DNA of 64,000 bases from positions 10,338,221-10,402,220 of the forward strand of contig NC_068991.1 in the NCBI RefSeq assembly GCF_001194135.2, read 5' to 3'. Shown here in pieces: positions 38,605-53,300 of the stretch; positions within the stretch are counted from its first letter, which is position 1, and every line of letters begins with the position of its first letter. A program made the translations under genes and the position numbers. Source of the stretch: Octopus bimaculoides (Eukaryota). Below the pieces are notes generated by a model that saw only the letters and a list, made by a program, of their open reading frames with translations, ran no database searches and had not been told where the DNA came from.

Positions 38605-41600
38605 CACAGAGGGAAAGAGAAGGGAAGACAATGAAAGAAACAGAAATAGTGGAATCTGAAAACATAGAAAGAGAAAACACTGCATGGTATCATGGGCAAG
38701 TGTTTTCTACTATAGCCCCAGGCCAACCAATGATTTGTGAGGGGATCTGGTGGACAGGAACTAAAAAAGCCCATCGTGTGTGTGTATGTGTGATGTGTCT
38801 TTGTGTTTCTGTCTGTCCTTCCAACCGCATGACAACCAGTGTTGATTTGTTTACACCCCCATAACTTAGCAGTTCAGCAAATGGAAAAGACAGAAAAAGT
38901 GCCAGGCTTAAAAAAAAAATTTAAAAAAAAAAAAGTACAGGGGTCATTTTCTTTGACTAAAACCCTTCAAGGAGCTTGTTGGCCACAGTCAAATGACTGA
39001 AAGAAGTGTGAAATAAAGACGAAAGAAAGCTTACCTGACTACGTAAGCTGAAAAGATGTTCTTGCTAACAATATCATTTCCTGTGTCGATGCCTTTCGAT
39101 TTCAGCAGCAGCAGATTTTCAACAGAGCCACGGCTTCCTAACTCTTGTAAAGTCCAACCGAGATCTGAGCAAATATAAGAATATTCATTAGCATAAAAGA
39201 AACAAAACAAAACATTTAAGAGTTTATTGTTGCTGTTGCTGATGAGGTGATGCATTGGTAGAATCAGTAGATGGTCAGATAAAATGGGTTTTTTGTGAAA
39301 AGCACTTTGGCACCACTTCATTTTTAAGGTCTGGGTTCAACTGTAGCTGTAATTTGGGCCTTGAGAACTAGACTAATAAAATATAACTCACTGGATTCCG
39401 GCAAAGAAAAAAAGGACTTGTAACTTGGATAAGTGTGGTATTATAATGATTGGCAAAAAGCGAAACTGTCTCTCAGACAAAAAAACCTGAACCAGAAAGC
39501 ACAAGTGGAAGACAGACGGACTTCCAGAGACATGACAGGTTGAATGTCACGTTCACATGCTAAAAAAACTATTGGTTGTCGTATCCCTAACAAAGACCAA
39601 CTGAGGTCAACTTTACCTTTTATCCTTCCAGGGGTGTTAGGGGGAAAGATAAAAATCAAGTATCAGTCAAATAGTGGGGTCAATATAAGCAAATTGTTCC
39701 CTTCCTGTAAACTGGCCAGATCTGGCCTCTCATACCTACCCTACAATGTCATTCTAAAAATAAACAACCAGATCACTGAAATCTTAAAGCTACAAGATAA
39801 TGCAATATTCATCAGCATCATTTAACATCTGTTTTCTATGCTGGCATGGGTTGGACAGTTTGTCTGAAAACTGGTAAGCTGGGGAGCTGCACCAGGTTCC
39901 AGTCTGATCTGGCATGGTTTCTACGGCTGGATGCCCTCCAAGAGTGTAGTGGGTGCTTTTTATGTGAACTGGCACGGGTGCCAGTTACGTAACACTGGCA
40001 CTGGCTACAACTATGATCTCACTTGGCTTGATGAGTCTTCTCAAGCATGGTGTATTGTCAAAGATCTTGGTTACTTGTCACTGCCTCCATGAGCCCCAAC
40101 ATTCGAATGGTGTTTTTTACAAGCCATTGGTATGGGTGTCAGTTACACGACACTGGCATCAGCCACAACTACGATTTCACTTGGCTTGACGGGTTTTCTC
40201 AATATGAAGAATAAAAATAAATAAGCATTATATTTGACAGAGGAATATGAATGTTAAAGGATAAAATAGAAATATGGCTAAAAAAATTTTCTTACCTGTT
40301 TTTCTGTTGACTTTGAAAAGGAATTCTGCGATGAGCATCAATAATTCTTCACTCACTTTATCACCACTTGATTCAAATCTGGAATTGGAAAAATTAATTT
40401 GTAATCTTTTTGCTTCCGTGTAAAACATCTTGTCCACTGCTCTACTGATTTTGCTAGTTACTATGCCAACAAGAATAGCAAAAACGAAGAGAGTGGGATC
40501 TTAACTTACTTTCTGATCATCTCTTTGGCAGTTTTCATGCGATTCTCTTTGACTTGACGTAAAATATCATCTTCCAAGATGGTGGATTGTTTCATTTTAT
40601 CCTGAATAAAAAAAAACATGTTAATAATGAGACAGTGAATGAGGAGAGACAGAGCTAATGAGGAAAGTCAGAGTTAACGAGGAAAGGTTGAGCTAATGAG
40701 TAAACAGGTAAACGAGGAGAGTCTGAGCGAAGATCTAAGCAAGGAGTAACAGAGCTGAGGAAGAGAGAGGGTTAATGAGGAGAGTCAGAGGTAAAAGAAG
40801 AGAGAGAAACTAAATGAGAAGAGAGAGAGAGCTAATGAGAGATAGAACTAAACTAGGAGACATAAACGAAGAGAGACAGAGCTAATGAAGAGAGACAGAA
40901 CTAATGAAGAGAGCCAGAGGTAAAGGAGGAGAGAGACCTAAATGAGACAGAGCTAATGAGAGAGAGAACTAAGCTAAAGGAGACAGAGCAAACAAGGAGA
41001 AACAGAGGTAAATTAGGAGAGAGAACTAGACAAGGAGAGAGAGCAACTGAGAGATAGAACTAAATGAGGAGGGACAGAGCTAACAAGGAATCATCATCGT
41101 CGTTTAACGTCCGCTTTCCATGCTAGCATGGGTTGGACGATTTGACTGAGGACTGGTGAAACCGGATGGCAACACCAGGCTCCAATCTGATCTGGCAGTG
41201 TTTCTACAGCTGGATGCCCTTCCTAACGCCAACCACTCTGAGAGTGTAGTGGGTGCTGGCAACTGCCACGCTCGAAATGGTAGAATCAACCATATAGAGA
41301 GAATAGGTAAGAAAGAAGAATGGGGGTGATAGAGGGGAGGAGGAGAGAAAGAATAGGTAAGGGAGAAGAATGGGGTTATAGAGGGGAGGAGGNNNNNNNN
41401 NNNNNNNNNNNNNNNNNNNNNNNNNNNNNNNNNNNNNNNNNNNNNNNNNNNNNNNNNNNNNNNNNNNNNNNNNNNNNNNNNNNNNNNNNNNNNNNNNNNN
41501 NNNNNNNNNNNNNNNNNNNNNNNNNNNNNNNNNNNNNNNNNNNNNNNNNNNNNNNNNNNNNNNNNNNNNNNNNNNNNNNNNNNNNNNNNNNNNNNNNNNN

Positions 41601-44236
41601 NNNNNNNNNNNNNNNNNNNNNNNNNNNNNNNNNNNNNNNNNNNNNNNNNNNNNNNNNNNNNNNNNNNNNNNNNNNNNNNNNNNNNNNNNNNNNNNNNNNN
41701 NNNNNNNNNNNNNNNNNNNNNNNNNNNNNNNNNNNNNNNNNNNNNNNNNNNNNNNNNNNNNNNNNNNNNNNNNNNNNNNNNNNNNNNNNNNNNNNNNNNN
41801 NNNNNNNNNNNNNNNNNNNNNNNNNNNNNNNNNNNNNNNNNNNNNNNNNNNNNNNNNNNNNNNNNNNNNNNNNNNNNNNNNNNNNNNNNNNNNNNNNNNN
41901 NNNNNNNNNNNNNNNNNNNNNNNNNNNNNNNNNNNNNNNNNNNNNNNNNNNNNNNNNNNNNNNNNNNNNNNNNNNNNNNNNNNNNNNNNNNNNNNNNNNN
42001 NNNNNNNNNNNNNNNNNNNNNNNNNNNNNNNNNNNNNNNNNNNNNNNNNNNNNNNNNNNNNNNNNNNNNNNNNNNNNNNNNNNNNNNNNNNNNNNNNNNN
42101 NNNNNNNNNNNNNNNNNNNNNNNNNNNNNNNNNNNNNNNNNNNNNNNNNNNNNNNNNNNNNNNNNNNNNNNNNNNNNNNNNNNNNNNNNNNNNNNNNNNN
42201 NNNNNNNNNNNNNNNNNNNNNNNNNNAAAATAGCACTAACCATATCCTCTGATTAACTGGAACAGCATCTCATCCCTATCAACACCAAATAAATTCTTAG
42301 TCATCTCCACAAGTTGTTCCAATTCAGAAATCTTAAACAAGAAAAAAAAAAACAAAAAAAAAACATTGAATATTAAAAAACAAAAACACACAAACACATC
42401 ACAGGTATTACTACAAGTCAATATACTGCTCATCACTCATCAATTTCAAGGAGCTACCACTGATAACAGCAGTGAACTTGGCCTTCCTGTGGCACCTACT
42501 TGTAGTTAGATTGACTGGACCACTGACAGTTGTCTTAGTTCTAGACTTAAGACAGTATGGCAGTGTGGTATACTGTAATACCAACTGTTAGGTGGACTAG
42601 GCTGTTGGTGGTTGTCTTGGTTATGTACACAGATGACTATACCACATTGTGGTATCTATTTACAGCTAGATAGACTGGACTGTTGGCTATGGACAGTGTA
42701 GTGACAGGATATGAGGTGTTGACCTTTAGGCTGGGTCTCTGCTACTGTAAGGACTCCATAGTGTTTTGATGTAAATGACTTGAGGGGGTTTGTAGATGTG
42801 GAGGAGGATGGAGAGGAAGAGGGAGTATGGAGAAGTAGGGAAGAAGAATGGAAAGTTGGAGAGGGAAGTATGGAGGGGCAGAGGGGAAAGTATGAAAGGG
42901 CAGAGGGGAAAGTATGAAAGGGCAGAGGGGAAAGTATGAAAGGGCAGATGGGAAAGTATGGAAGGGCAGGGGGGAAAGTATGAAAGGGCAGATGGGAAAG
43001 TATGGAGGGGCAGAGGGGAAAGTATGAAAGGGCAGAGGGGAAAGTATGGNNNNNNNNNNNNNNNNNNNNNNNNNNNNNNNNNNNNNNNNNNNNNNNNNNN
43101 NNNNNNNNNNNNNNNNNNNNNNNNNNNNNNNNNNNNNNNNNNNNNGAAGTATGGAGGGGCAGAGGGGAAAGTATGAAAGGGCAGAGGGGAAAGTATGGAA
43201 AGGTGGAAGAGTATACATGGAGAGGTGGGAAGAATATGGAGAGGTAATAGAACAGGGAGAAGTGGAATAGTTTAGAAAGGTGAGAGAATATGTGGAGGTT
43301 GTGGGAGTGTGTAGAGGTGTTTTGGCAGGTTTTCAGAAAATGTGACTTACCTTTTCCTTACTAATCAAGGTCTCGCATCCTATCTTGAGACGTATCATAG
43401 CAGCACGTATACCTGGGGTCTGGAAAACATTTAGAAAGAGAAGTTTACTATAAGCAAGCCAGTATATATTGGTTTGTTCATTTCTACATCCATTTTTTTT
43501 CCATGCCAGCATGGGTTAGATGCATATATCCTCAATACAGTGCTTTAGAATTAGGTATCCTTCTTGTTGCTAACCCATGCTTGCTTTTCAAATGAAGGAC
43601 CTCTCATTTCACATCTCTGAAGACGTGAAGTGGGAAAACAATTTATTGACAGAAGAAATGATAAGTAATATTTGTAGCGAGAGATTTTCACAGAACACAA
43701 ATATAAATACACACACACACATACATACATGATGGGATTCATATACTCACAAAGCTTTGGTTGACCTGAGAACACAATAGAAGTTACTTGCCCAAGGTAC
43801 CACGCACTTAGACTGAACCTGAAACCATATGGTTGGGAAGCAAACTTCTTACCCCACCGCCATATATATATATATTAGAAGGTTTGGAGGTGATGTACAG
43901 GAATTATATAGTAGAAAAAAATAATAAGGTACTCAGATACCTGGATGGTTGTACATTGACAGATTTTTATTAATATGTCACATGTTTTTATAAATTAGCG
44001 CCTGCATCTATTCTTGTAGATACTCCAGATTTATATATATAGTTCATCATCATCATTGTTTAACGCCCGCTTTCCATGCTAGCATGGGTTGGACGATTTG
44101 ACTGAGGACTGGTGAAACCAGATGGCTACACCAGGCTCCAATCTGATTTGGCAGAGTTTCTATGGCTGGATGCCCTTCCTAACGCCAACCACTCAGAGAG
44201 TGTAGTGGGTGCTTTTACATGTCACCCGCACGATAT

Positions 44237-44284
<48 letters not shown>

Positions 44285-45995
44285 CTCCTTAACAAACTTA
44301 TTGAATGGTGTTAGTTTGTAATATTCATCTTTCAAAAATGAAACTGCATATCCTATTTCTAGTCAGTATAGCTTGAGCCAGCTACATTGATTTACTGAAT
44401 AGCAGTGAATATGAGTGAAACCATTTTAACTGTTATGTTGTGTGTTTGTTTATTTAATTAAGTTAACGTACCTCCAAGATCTTCTTGGCTTTCTTATAAT
44501 GTCCACAATCAATGAGATTTACCATCAGTTGGTGCAGTACATTTAACTCACCATGAATCGGCGTCACTCGATCAATAGCTGAAACAAGATAACAAACAGT
44601 TCAAGTCTTTTACAATCGGCGTTATCACAGACAACGATGATGATGATGATGAAGATAGTGACAGTGATGAAGGACCAAATTCAGTAATGGTCAGTTACAC
44701 AAACACCCTCCACCCCACCCAATCTCTAATCAAACCCTGACAAATCTTGGTCACCTGGCCAAGCTGGAACTCTCACAGAATATAAAACAAAGAAACTAAC
44801 ACAATAAATAAATCATATAAATTAATCAAATGCAGGTGGGAGGATATAGTATTGATACTAAAGGATGCTAATGCTGATAATGATAATTAAGGTGACAATA
44901 AAGGTGATGATGATAATGACAGGTACGATAAAACGATAAACAGGTGAAACTAGTTCTATGAGAATGTTGATCTTCCCGGCTGAATGAAAGACATTATGTT
45001 TCTATTACGAAATACCTAATCCAGGGGTTTTCAAACTGTGGTCTGCGGACCACAGGGGGTCCGTAGACAGCAAATACTGGGCAATTTGATTTTATATATG
45101 GTTTTTAATCAAAATCTTTTAATTGACAATAAACCTATTTGTTAAATACTGTTAAATAAATAAATGTAAAAATATATGTTATTTTAAGCAAATATTTATG
45201 TTTAAATTTCATAAGCGTTTATAAGGGGTCCGCAAGTCAAAAAGTTTGAAAACCCCTGACCTAATACTATCTGCTGGCTGCAATTCTTAGCAGTAGCACC
45301 ACCGTTTTTTGGTGAAAGGGCAGGATTTGAACTCAGAACAGATACTGCAAGGTCTCCCTTCAAATGATGATGATGAGGATGACTGTGATGATGCTGGTGA
45401 TGGTTTACAAGAAAAATAACACAACAATAACAACAACACTAATAACATTGTGTAAAGGGCAAACAACAGTGATGAAGGAAGGTTTTTTTTTTCCAAGATG
45501 TCTAACCTTTCTGTAGTTTTTCAGGATCTTCTTTTGTAATAAACATCTGTAGCACACTGTCAACACAAGGGGCTCGACTATATTCTGTGATGAGCCAGTC
45601 TATAGCTTCCAGTACCTGGTTACCGTCCTCCCTGAAAAGGATCAATCAACAAACACATCAGTCATCTGTCACAGCTTATACATCTTTACGTCAGTCATAC
45701 ATCGCACATTATAATACATGGTTGTTCATCTGTCATCAATCTCAGTTTGTACACCTGCACATGTATTACCTACATGCATGAGTGTACATACTGGCATTGA
45801 TGTAGCAACATTTGAAATTTTGTCTAGGTGAATCTAGCCGAAGATAACCGATCAAATTTACATTAACAAATGTAATTCGGAAAGTTCGAAACCTAGGTCT
45901 CAGATGATCCACATCTGGGTCGTACATTTATCTAATGTTCTTCCTACAGGTAAGATGAAATTTTTTATGTTTGCCACCCGCAAACAACTTTGCCA

Positions 45996-46039
<44 letters not shown>

Positions 46040-49000
46040 TGAAGCTTTAGTATAGAGTTGTATATTATTGTCTGCTATTTCCAGTAAATATGCATAGATG
46101 ATGGCTTCTTTCGGTTTCTACCAAATCCACTCAGAAGGCTTTGATCAGCCCGAGGCTATGGTAAAAGACACTCACCCAAGGTGCCACGCAGTGAGATTGA
46201 ACCCGGAACCTTGAGGTTGGAAAGCAAACTGCCTGTGCCTATATAGTTCATTCATTTTTATGCCTGTTTTTCTCTGCTGGCTGAGTTAAAAGTACATTAA
46301 CCGGTCAGCAACCCACAACTGTTTTACAAATAAGGGATCTCTAATTTCTCGTCTTTGAAAACGCAAAGTGACCAGACAGTTTGTTAACAGAAGTGACAAT
46401 CTCAACACTGATTGCAGCCTGCAATTTTTTGGATGCAAATTCCTTAACCACATAACTGAACTTGCTTCTCAGGTGTAGATGAAAAAAAAAAAAAGAGAAC
46501 CCAACACAAAAACAATTGATATAGATAGAAACAATTATAACGAAGAAATCAGTACCTTTCAATGTAACCCTTCATCACGGATTCCAACAGTTCAAAGGTG
46601 GCTGGTTTAATGAAACCCAATTTAAAGAGTGTAGAGAGAACATTCTTGGTTGCAGAAAGGTCTTGAGTTTTGGCACAGTTGAATACAACAGTGCTGCAGT
46701 CTCTCTCGAAGGCATAACCAGAAGACATCTGTGCATTAGCCATATATTTGCCATGTTTATCAGCATAGGTCTCAAGTAATGCCACAGCGTCTGAAATTTA
46801 AGCAAAGACCAAAGAGTTCTTTAAAGAAGCTGTTAGCTTGGTTTTCTTTTTAAACATGATGATGATGGGAATGATGATTTGGGATTTTTTTTCTCTTTCT
46901 TCAGTTTTCATACGACATATAGAATGTAATGTAAAGAATCTAGTGTAGAGGGACTAATGCAGATAGGATAATGAAGAGGGGATAACAAAGAGAGGATAAC
47001 ATAAAGGGGATAACAAAGAGGGGATAACGTAAAGGGGATGATGTAGAGGGGATATCAAAGAGAGGATAACGTAAAGGAAATAATGTAGAAGCAATAATGT
47101 AGGGGGGTATAATGTAGAAAAGATAATGTACAAACCTGAAACTTTTCCCTCATCTATCATCAAAGCAGCAACATTCAGAAGAGCTCTGGTGTAATCTGTA
47201 TAGTCTGGAAATTGGTCTTCCCTGAATAAGAAAAAGTTAACTTGTATTACAATGCTACAACAGCCTACTGAAGAGTTTTGGCACAAGGCCAGCAAGTTCA
47301 GAGAGTGAGTTAACTTGATTACATTGACCCAGTGCTGAACTGGTACTTATTTTATCAACCATGAAAGGACGAAAGACAAAGTCGAATTCAGCAGAATTTA
47401 AACCAAGAAGGTGAAGACGGATGAAATGCTGGCAGGCATTTTGCTCAGTGTGCCACCTCACTGTCATGAATAGATGTATTGTATTATTAAATAACCAGAC
47501 CAAGACTGACAACCTCACCCCATTTCCAACCATAATGCCAAACTTGTACAAGACATAATTCCTCTCTAATTCCATAATACTAAACTATCCAAAACATACC
47601 CTACTTCCTCTAGTTTCACACCAGCAACCACTAGGACCCTCTTCTAGTCTTATACTGCTAGATCCCAGCCCAAACCACCAATATTAAAAGTGTTCACATC
47701 TTTAAGTTAAAATCTTGTTATTACATCAACAATGAGATATCTTAGTCAGGCAGGATTTCCACCAGTTTTATAAAGGAACATTATGCTAAAAAGGTGTTTC
47801 AAACATCAGTTTGATATAACAGTTTGCAGTAAATGTCATGTTGTGGCCTAAATGCCTTGGGCTTATTTTGTAGCATATTCCAGAACCTTTTAAATTTAAA
47901 AAAAATATTTCTAAAATCAATGACTGATTTACAAAATCTTTTTGGAATTATATTATGACCCAAAAGTTGTAAACCTGAAATATAGACTCTCCCTTGTCTG
48001 CAGAAGGTCAAAGGTTTTAAATAAAGGGCAATACTTACATCAGAGCGAGATATTTCAGAGCTTCCTTCAAATCCTTCTTGTACATGGCATTTAAGAAGAT
48101 CAACTGGCGTAGTACCAGAGGGGGATAAAAGAATCCTTCTTTATCCAGAGACGCCTTCAGTTTTTCAGCTTGAGTAACATCCTGAGAATTAGGAAAATAT
48201 AAATATAAATAAAGGTAGTTGTAAATAAGCGTCACTGTCATACAAGCGGTGTCATCCATTTCGAATCTTCAGTGAAAAACATGTCTGGCCATGAGAAAAC
48301 ATCACCTTGCTTGGAAACAAGAGAAAGTTAACAAGAAGAAGGGTATCACACCATACAAAATCAGCTTCAGTGAATTTCATCTGATCAAAGATGCTGTGAT
48401 GCTTTAGATTTTTGTCAGCATGTCCATGAGTGTTAGACATATATGAGATTTAAAAAGGTGCCTAAGGTGTTGTTGGAAAGAAGGTGGATAATCTAGTGGA
48501 TGTCTACCAAGCATGGAAAAGTGGACATTTCAACATTGAGGGATGTGTCTCATCATCATCATCATCATTTAACGTCCATTTTCCATGCTAGCATGGCTAC
48601 ACCAGGCTCCAATCTGATTTGGCAGAGTTTCTACAGCTGGATGCCCTTCCTAACGCCAACCACTCCGAGAGTGTAGTAGATGCTTTTACATACCACCGGC
48701 ACAAAGGTCAGTCAGGAGGTACTGGCAACGGCCATGCTCGAAATGGTGTATTTTACATGCCACCTGTACTAGCAACGAACTCGCTCGAATGTCTTTTCAT
48801 GTGCCATGAAGGCAACATTGGTAATGATCATTGGTAACGAACATTGGTATGTTATATTAAAGATAAAACTATGTTTTAGTTTGAGCTCTGTCATCAAGGA
48901 TTTTTGCTATTTCTTTCTTAGTTTAGTTTGAAACAATACCTTTCCTTAAATCCAAACATGAAATACTCACCCCAGTGGCACAGTAGCGCACCAGAAGCAA

Positions 49001-50331
49001 TTTCTTAGCCGTGTTGTTATTCGTTTTCGACACATAGTCTTGAAGTTGGCTGGTGGTATAATTGGCAAGTGGGTTCTGAAATAATATATACGAATATGTA
49101 CACACTGAGTTATTGTAGTGGTGGTGGTGGTGGTGAAGTATGATGGCAATGGTGGTGGTGGTGGTGGTGGTGGTAGTGATTTGGCTCTGAATTAATAGAC
49201 ATAACACTAAGCAATGCATGTGATGATGATGGTGGTGGAGATGATAATGATCATCATCATCATCATCATCGTTTAACGTCCGCTTTCCATGCTAGAATGG
49301 GTTGGACGATTTGACTGAGGACTGGTGAAACCGGATGGCAACACCAGGCTCCAATCTAATTTGGCAGAGTTTCTACAGCTGGTTGCCCTTCCTAAACGCC
49401 AACCACTCAGAGAGTGTAGTGATAGAAATATATAATCAACTTATTGTATACAGTGCTCAGGTGCACCACAACTCATCACGAACGGTACATAGAATAGGAT
49501 AATACACAGAAGCTAGCTCCCCAACCACNNNNNNNNNNNNNNNNNNNNNNNNNNNNNNNNNNNNNNNNNNNNNNNNNNNNNNNNNNNNNNNNNNNNNNNN
49601 NNNNNNNNNNNNNNNNNNNNNNNNNNNNNNNNNNNNNNNNNNNNNNNNNNNNNNNNNNNNNNNNNNNNNNNNNNNNNNNNNNNNNNNNNNNNNNNNNNNN
49701 NNNNNNNNNNNNNNNNNNNNNNNNNNNNNNNNNNNNNNNNNNNNNNNNNNNNNNNNNNNNNNNNNNNNNNNNNNNNNNNNNNNNNNNNNNNNNNNNNNNN
49801 NNNNNNNNNNNNNNNNNNNNNNNNNNNNNNNNNNNNNNNNNNNNNNNNNNNNNNNNNNNNNNNNNNNNNNNNNNNNNNNNNNNNNNNNNNNNNNNNNNNN
49901 NNNNNNNNNNNNNNNNNNNNNNNNNNNNNNNNNNNNNNNNNNNNNNNNNNNNNNNNNNNNNNNNNNNNNNNNNNNNNNNNNNNNNNNNNNNNNNNNNNNN
50001 NNNNNNNNNNNNNNNNNNNNNNNNNNNNNNNNNNNNNNNNNNNNNNNNNNNNNNNNNNNNNNNNNNNNNNNNNNNNNNNNNNNNNNNNNNNNNNNNNNNN
50101 NNNNNNNNNNNNNNNNNNNNNNNNNNNNNNNNNNNNNNNNNNNNNNNNNNNNNNNNNNNNNNNNNNNNNNNNNNNNNNNNNNNNNNNNNNNNNNNNNNNN
50201 NNNNNNNNNNNNNNNNNNNNNNNNNNNNNNNNNNNNNNGGCCACGCTCAAAATGGTGCAATTTATGTGCCACCCGCACAAGAGCCAGTCCAGGGGCACTG
50301 GCAACGATCTCGCTCGAAAATCCCACGAAGG

Positions 50332-50370
<39 letters not shown>

Positions 50371-53300
50371 CAAAGAATATATATACATGTATACATGTAT
50401 ATATATATATATATATATGTTTTAAATCTTTTAAATTTGTTTCTGGGAAACGTTTTTAATATACAAATAAAGTTCCTATTCCATTATGCCAGCCACAGTC
50501 TAATGGTGTTGACTGATGAACCAGTTTTTTGAAGTTGCATCTAGCTGTACCAATATAATGTAGGATAAATATAGTAATAATAACAATAATCTTTGGAAGA
50601 TCTGAACCCTTTTGTTACCATATTTATTTTAAGATGCTCTGTGTTTATATATATATCATGTGTCTTTGTGACTGTGTTTGTCCTCCCCATCACTGTTTGG
50701 CAAATGGTGTTGGTGTGTTTACATCCCCATAACTTAGCAGTTTGATAAAAGGACCCGATAGAAAAAATACCAGGCTTTAAAAACTAGTCAAATGACTGAA
50801 ACAGTTAAAAGAATAAAAGAGTGAATGAGCAGTTTAAAAAAAAGAGAAGGGGGGGGGGCATCATGTGTACTGTTGGTGAATTTCAAGAAGCATGGAAATT
50901 TTGAAGAATATAATGTCACAACAGCTAACAACTGATGTGGGTAGTTTATTTCATGCTTCAGCCATTTTGAGCATGGAAAATAACGTTTCCGAAAGTTATG
51001 GGTGCTATGATTTTGTAAGAATGTCCAAGAGTGTTAGACATATGGAATTCAAAGCTGCCTTATGGCTATTGTTGTAAAGATGGTGGATAATCTTGTGGGA
51101 TGTGTACCAAGTCAGTTGCCAATGTTTTGCATTGTGCTTATTGATGTAGTCGTTAACCCTTTAGCATTTAAACTGGCCGTCTCCAGCCAGAGTAATCTAC
51201 CTGTTTTTCATCTTCAAATTNNNNNNNNNNNNNNNNNNNNNNNNNNNNNNNNNNNNNNNNNNNNNNNNNNNNNNNNNNNNNNNNNNNNNNNNNNNNNNNN
51301 NNNNNNNNNNNNNNNNNNNNNNNNNNNNNNNNNNNNNNNNNNNNNNNNNNNNNNNNNNNNNNNNNNNNNNNNNNNNNNNNNNNNNNNNNNNNNNNNNNNN
51401 NNNNNNNNNNNNNNNNNNNNNNNNNNNNNNNNNNNNNNNNNNNNNNNNNNNNNNNNNNNNNNNNNNNNNNNNNNNNNNNNNNNNNNNNNNNNNNNNNNNN
51501 NNNNNNNNNNNNNNNNNNNNNNNNNNNNNNNNNNNNNNNNNNNNNNNNNNNNNNNNNNNNNNNNNNNNNNNNNNNNNNNNNNNNNNNNNNNNNNNNNNNN
51601 NNNNNNNNNNNNNNNNNNNNNNNNNNNNNNNNNNNNNNNNNNNNNNNNNNNNNNNNNNNNNNNNNNNNNNNNNNNNNNNNNNNNNNNNNNNNNNNNNNNN
51701 NNNNNNNNNNNNNNNNNNNNNNNNNNNNNNNNNNNNNNNNNNNNNNNNNNNNNNNNNNNNNNNNNNNNNNNNNNNNNNNNNNNNNNNNNNNNNNNNNNNN
51801 NNNNNNNNNNNNNNNNNNNNNNNNNNNNNNNNNNNNNNNNNNNNNNNNNNNNNNNNNNNNNNNNNNNNNNNNNNNNNNNNNNNNNNNNNNNNNNNNNNNN
51901 NNNNNNNNNNNNNNNNNNNNNNNNNNNNNNNNNNNNNNNNNNNNNNNNTTTTACTTGTTTCAGTCATTAGGCTGCAACCATGCTGGGGCACTGCACTCAA
52001 AAGTTTTTTGTCAAATGTATCAACCTCAGTACTTATTTTTAAAAGCCTGGTACGTATTCTATCATTCTGTTTTGCTGAACCGTTAAGTTACAGGCTCATA
52101 AACACAGCAGGACCAGTTGTTCAGCAGTGGTGGGGGGACAAACACAGACACAAACACACACGGCAAGCTTCTTTCAGTTTCCATCTATCAGATTCACTCA
52201 CAAGGCTTTGATCAGCTCGACGCTTAGTAGAGGACACTTGCCCAAGATGCCATGCAGTGGGACTGAACCCGGAACCATGGGGTTGGGAAGTAAGATTCTT
52301 AGCACACAGCCACGCCGAGATATATATTTATGCACATGCATGAGTTGAGTAGATGTTTGCCTCCAGCGCCAAAACGTAGTGTCACCAAAACGACCTGAAC
52401 GTCCAGTCAGCTGTCAGCGTCCAAACAGCTGCACCCAACTGTCTGATTCCACAATGACTCGGAGAAGAAGCCCTTGAGTCGTGAGTGGAAGAAGAAGAAG
52501 AAGAAGAGGGGACAATGATGACGACTAAGAATTAGAACAGAGAGATATGGTATACTTACAGCTTGTAAAGCCTCGGGAACACCCTGAATATTCACAGTGA
52601 AGAACTCAGAGTCAACAGAGAAATTCTAGAGAATAAAACAAAAGAGAAAAAGAATTATCGAACTGTCTTTAGTTTGGATATAAGCCGAATTGCAATGGGA
52701 TGTTGGAGAGAGGCAATGTAGTAGCAATCATGCCTTTTCTTTTCTCAATGGTATCATCCTGCAGCCAAGAATGAACACAAAACGTAAAATTCCGTCGACT
52801 GCGGTTTCTGTTTTATTTCAGTATTCCAGCGAAATACGGCAATAGTAAAATTCTTTCTACTATGGCACACAACCTGAAATTAGGTGGAATGTGAGAGGCT
52901 AGTTGATTACATCAACCCCGGTGCTCAACTCGTAGATATTTCATTGGCACTGGAAGGATGGAAAGTAAAGTTGACGTTAGCGGAATTTGAAGTCAGATAA
53001 CCGATAAAAATGAAAGAAAGCATTTTGTCCGGGCAAAGTCAACCTTGGTGGAATTTGAACTCAGAACATAAAAAGCTGGAGTGAAAACCACTAAGCATTT
53101 TGTCTGACATGCTAAGGATTCTGCCAGATTACAGCCTTAATGATGGCTTCAAAGTCTGGCACAAGGCCAGCAATTTTAGGAGGAGGGGGTTAGCCAATTA
53201 CATCACCCCTAGTACGTGGCTGGTACTTAATTTCGTCAATCCTGGAGAGATGAAAGGTGAAGTTGACCCTGACATGATTTGAATCTAGAACCTAATGCAC

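Noticed and set aside
39470-39550. Candidate extra LRPPRC exon (HVNVTFNLSCLWK... or ACERDIQPV...)
   Set aside because: Neither frame is phase-compatible with both flanking exons, the donor GTTTTT is weak, and no homology is evident.
40379-40461. Longer reading frame upstream of exon 40296-40378 (VDKMFYTEAKRLQINF)
   Set aside because: It would need a 48-64 nt intron and a poor acceptor; the ttccag at 40381-40379 fits phase and homology better.
45940-45960. Plus-strand ttcctacagGTAAG recursive splice-site-like motif
   Set aside because: It is antisense to LRPPRC and no plus-strand gene is supported here.
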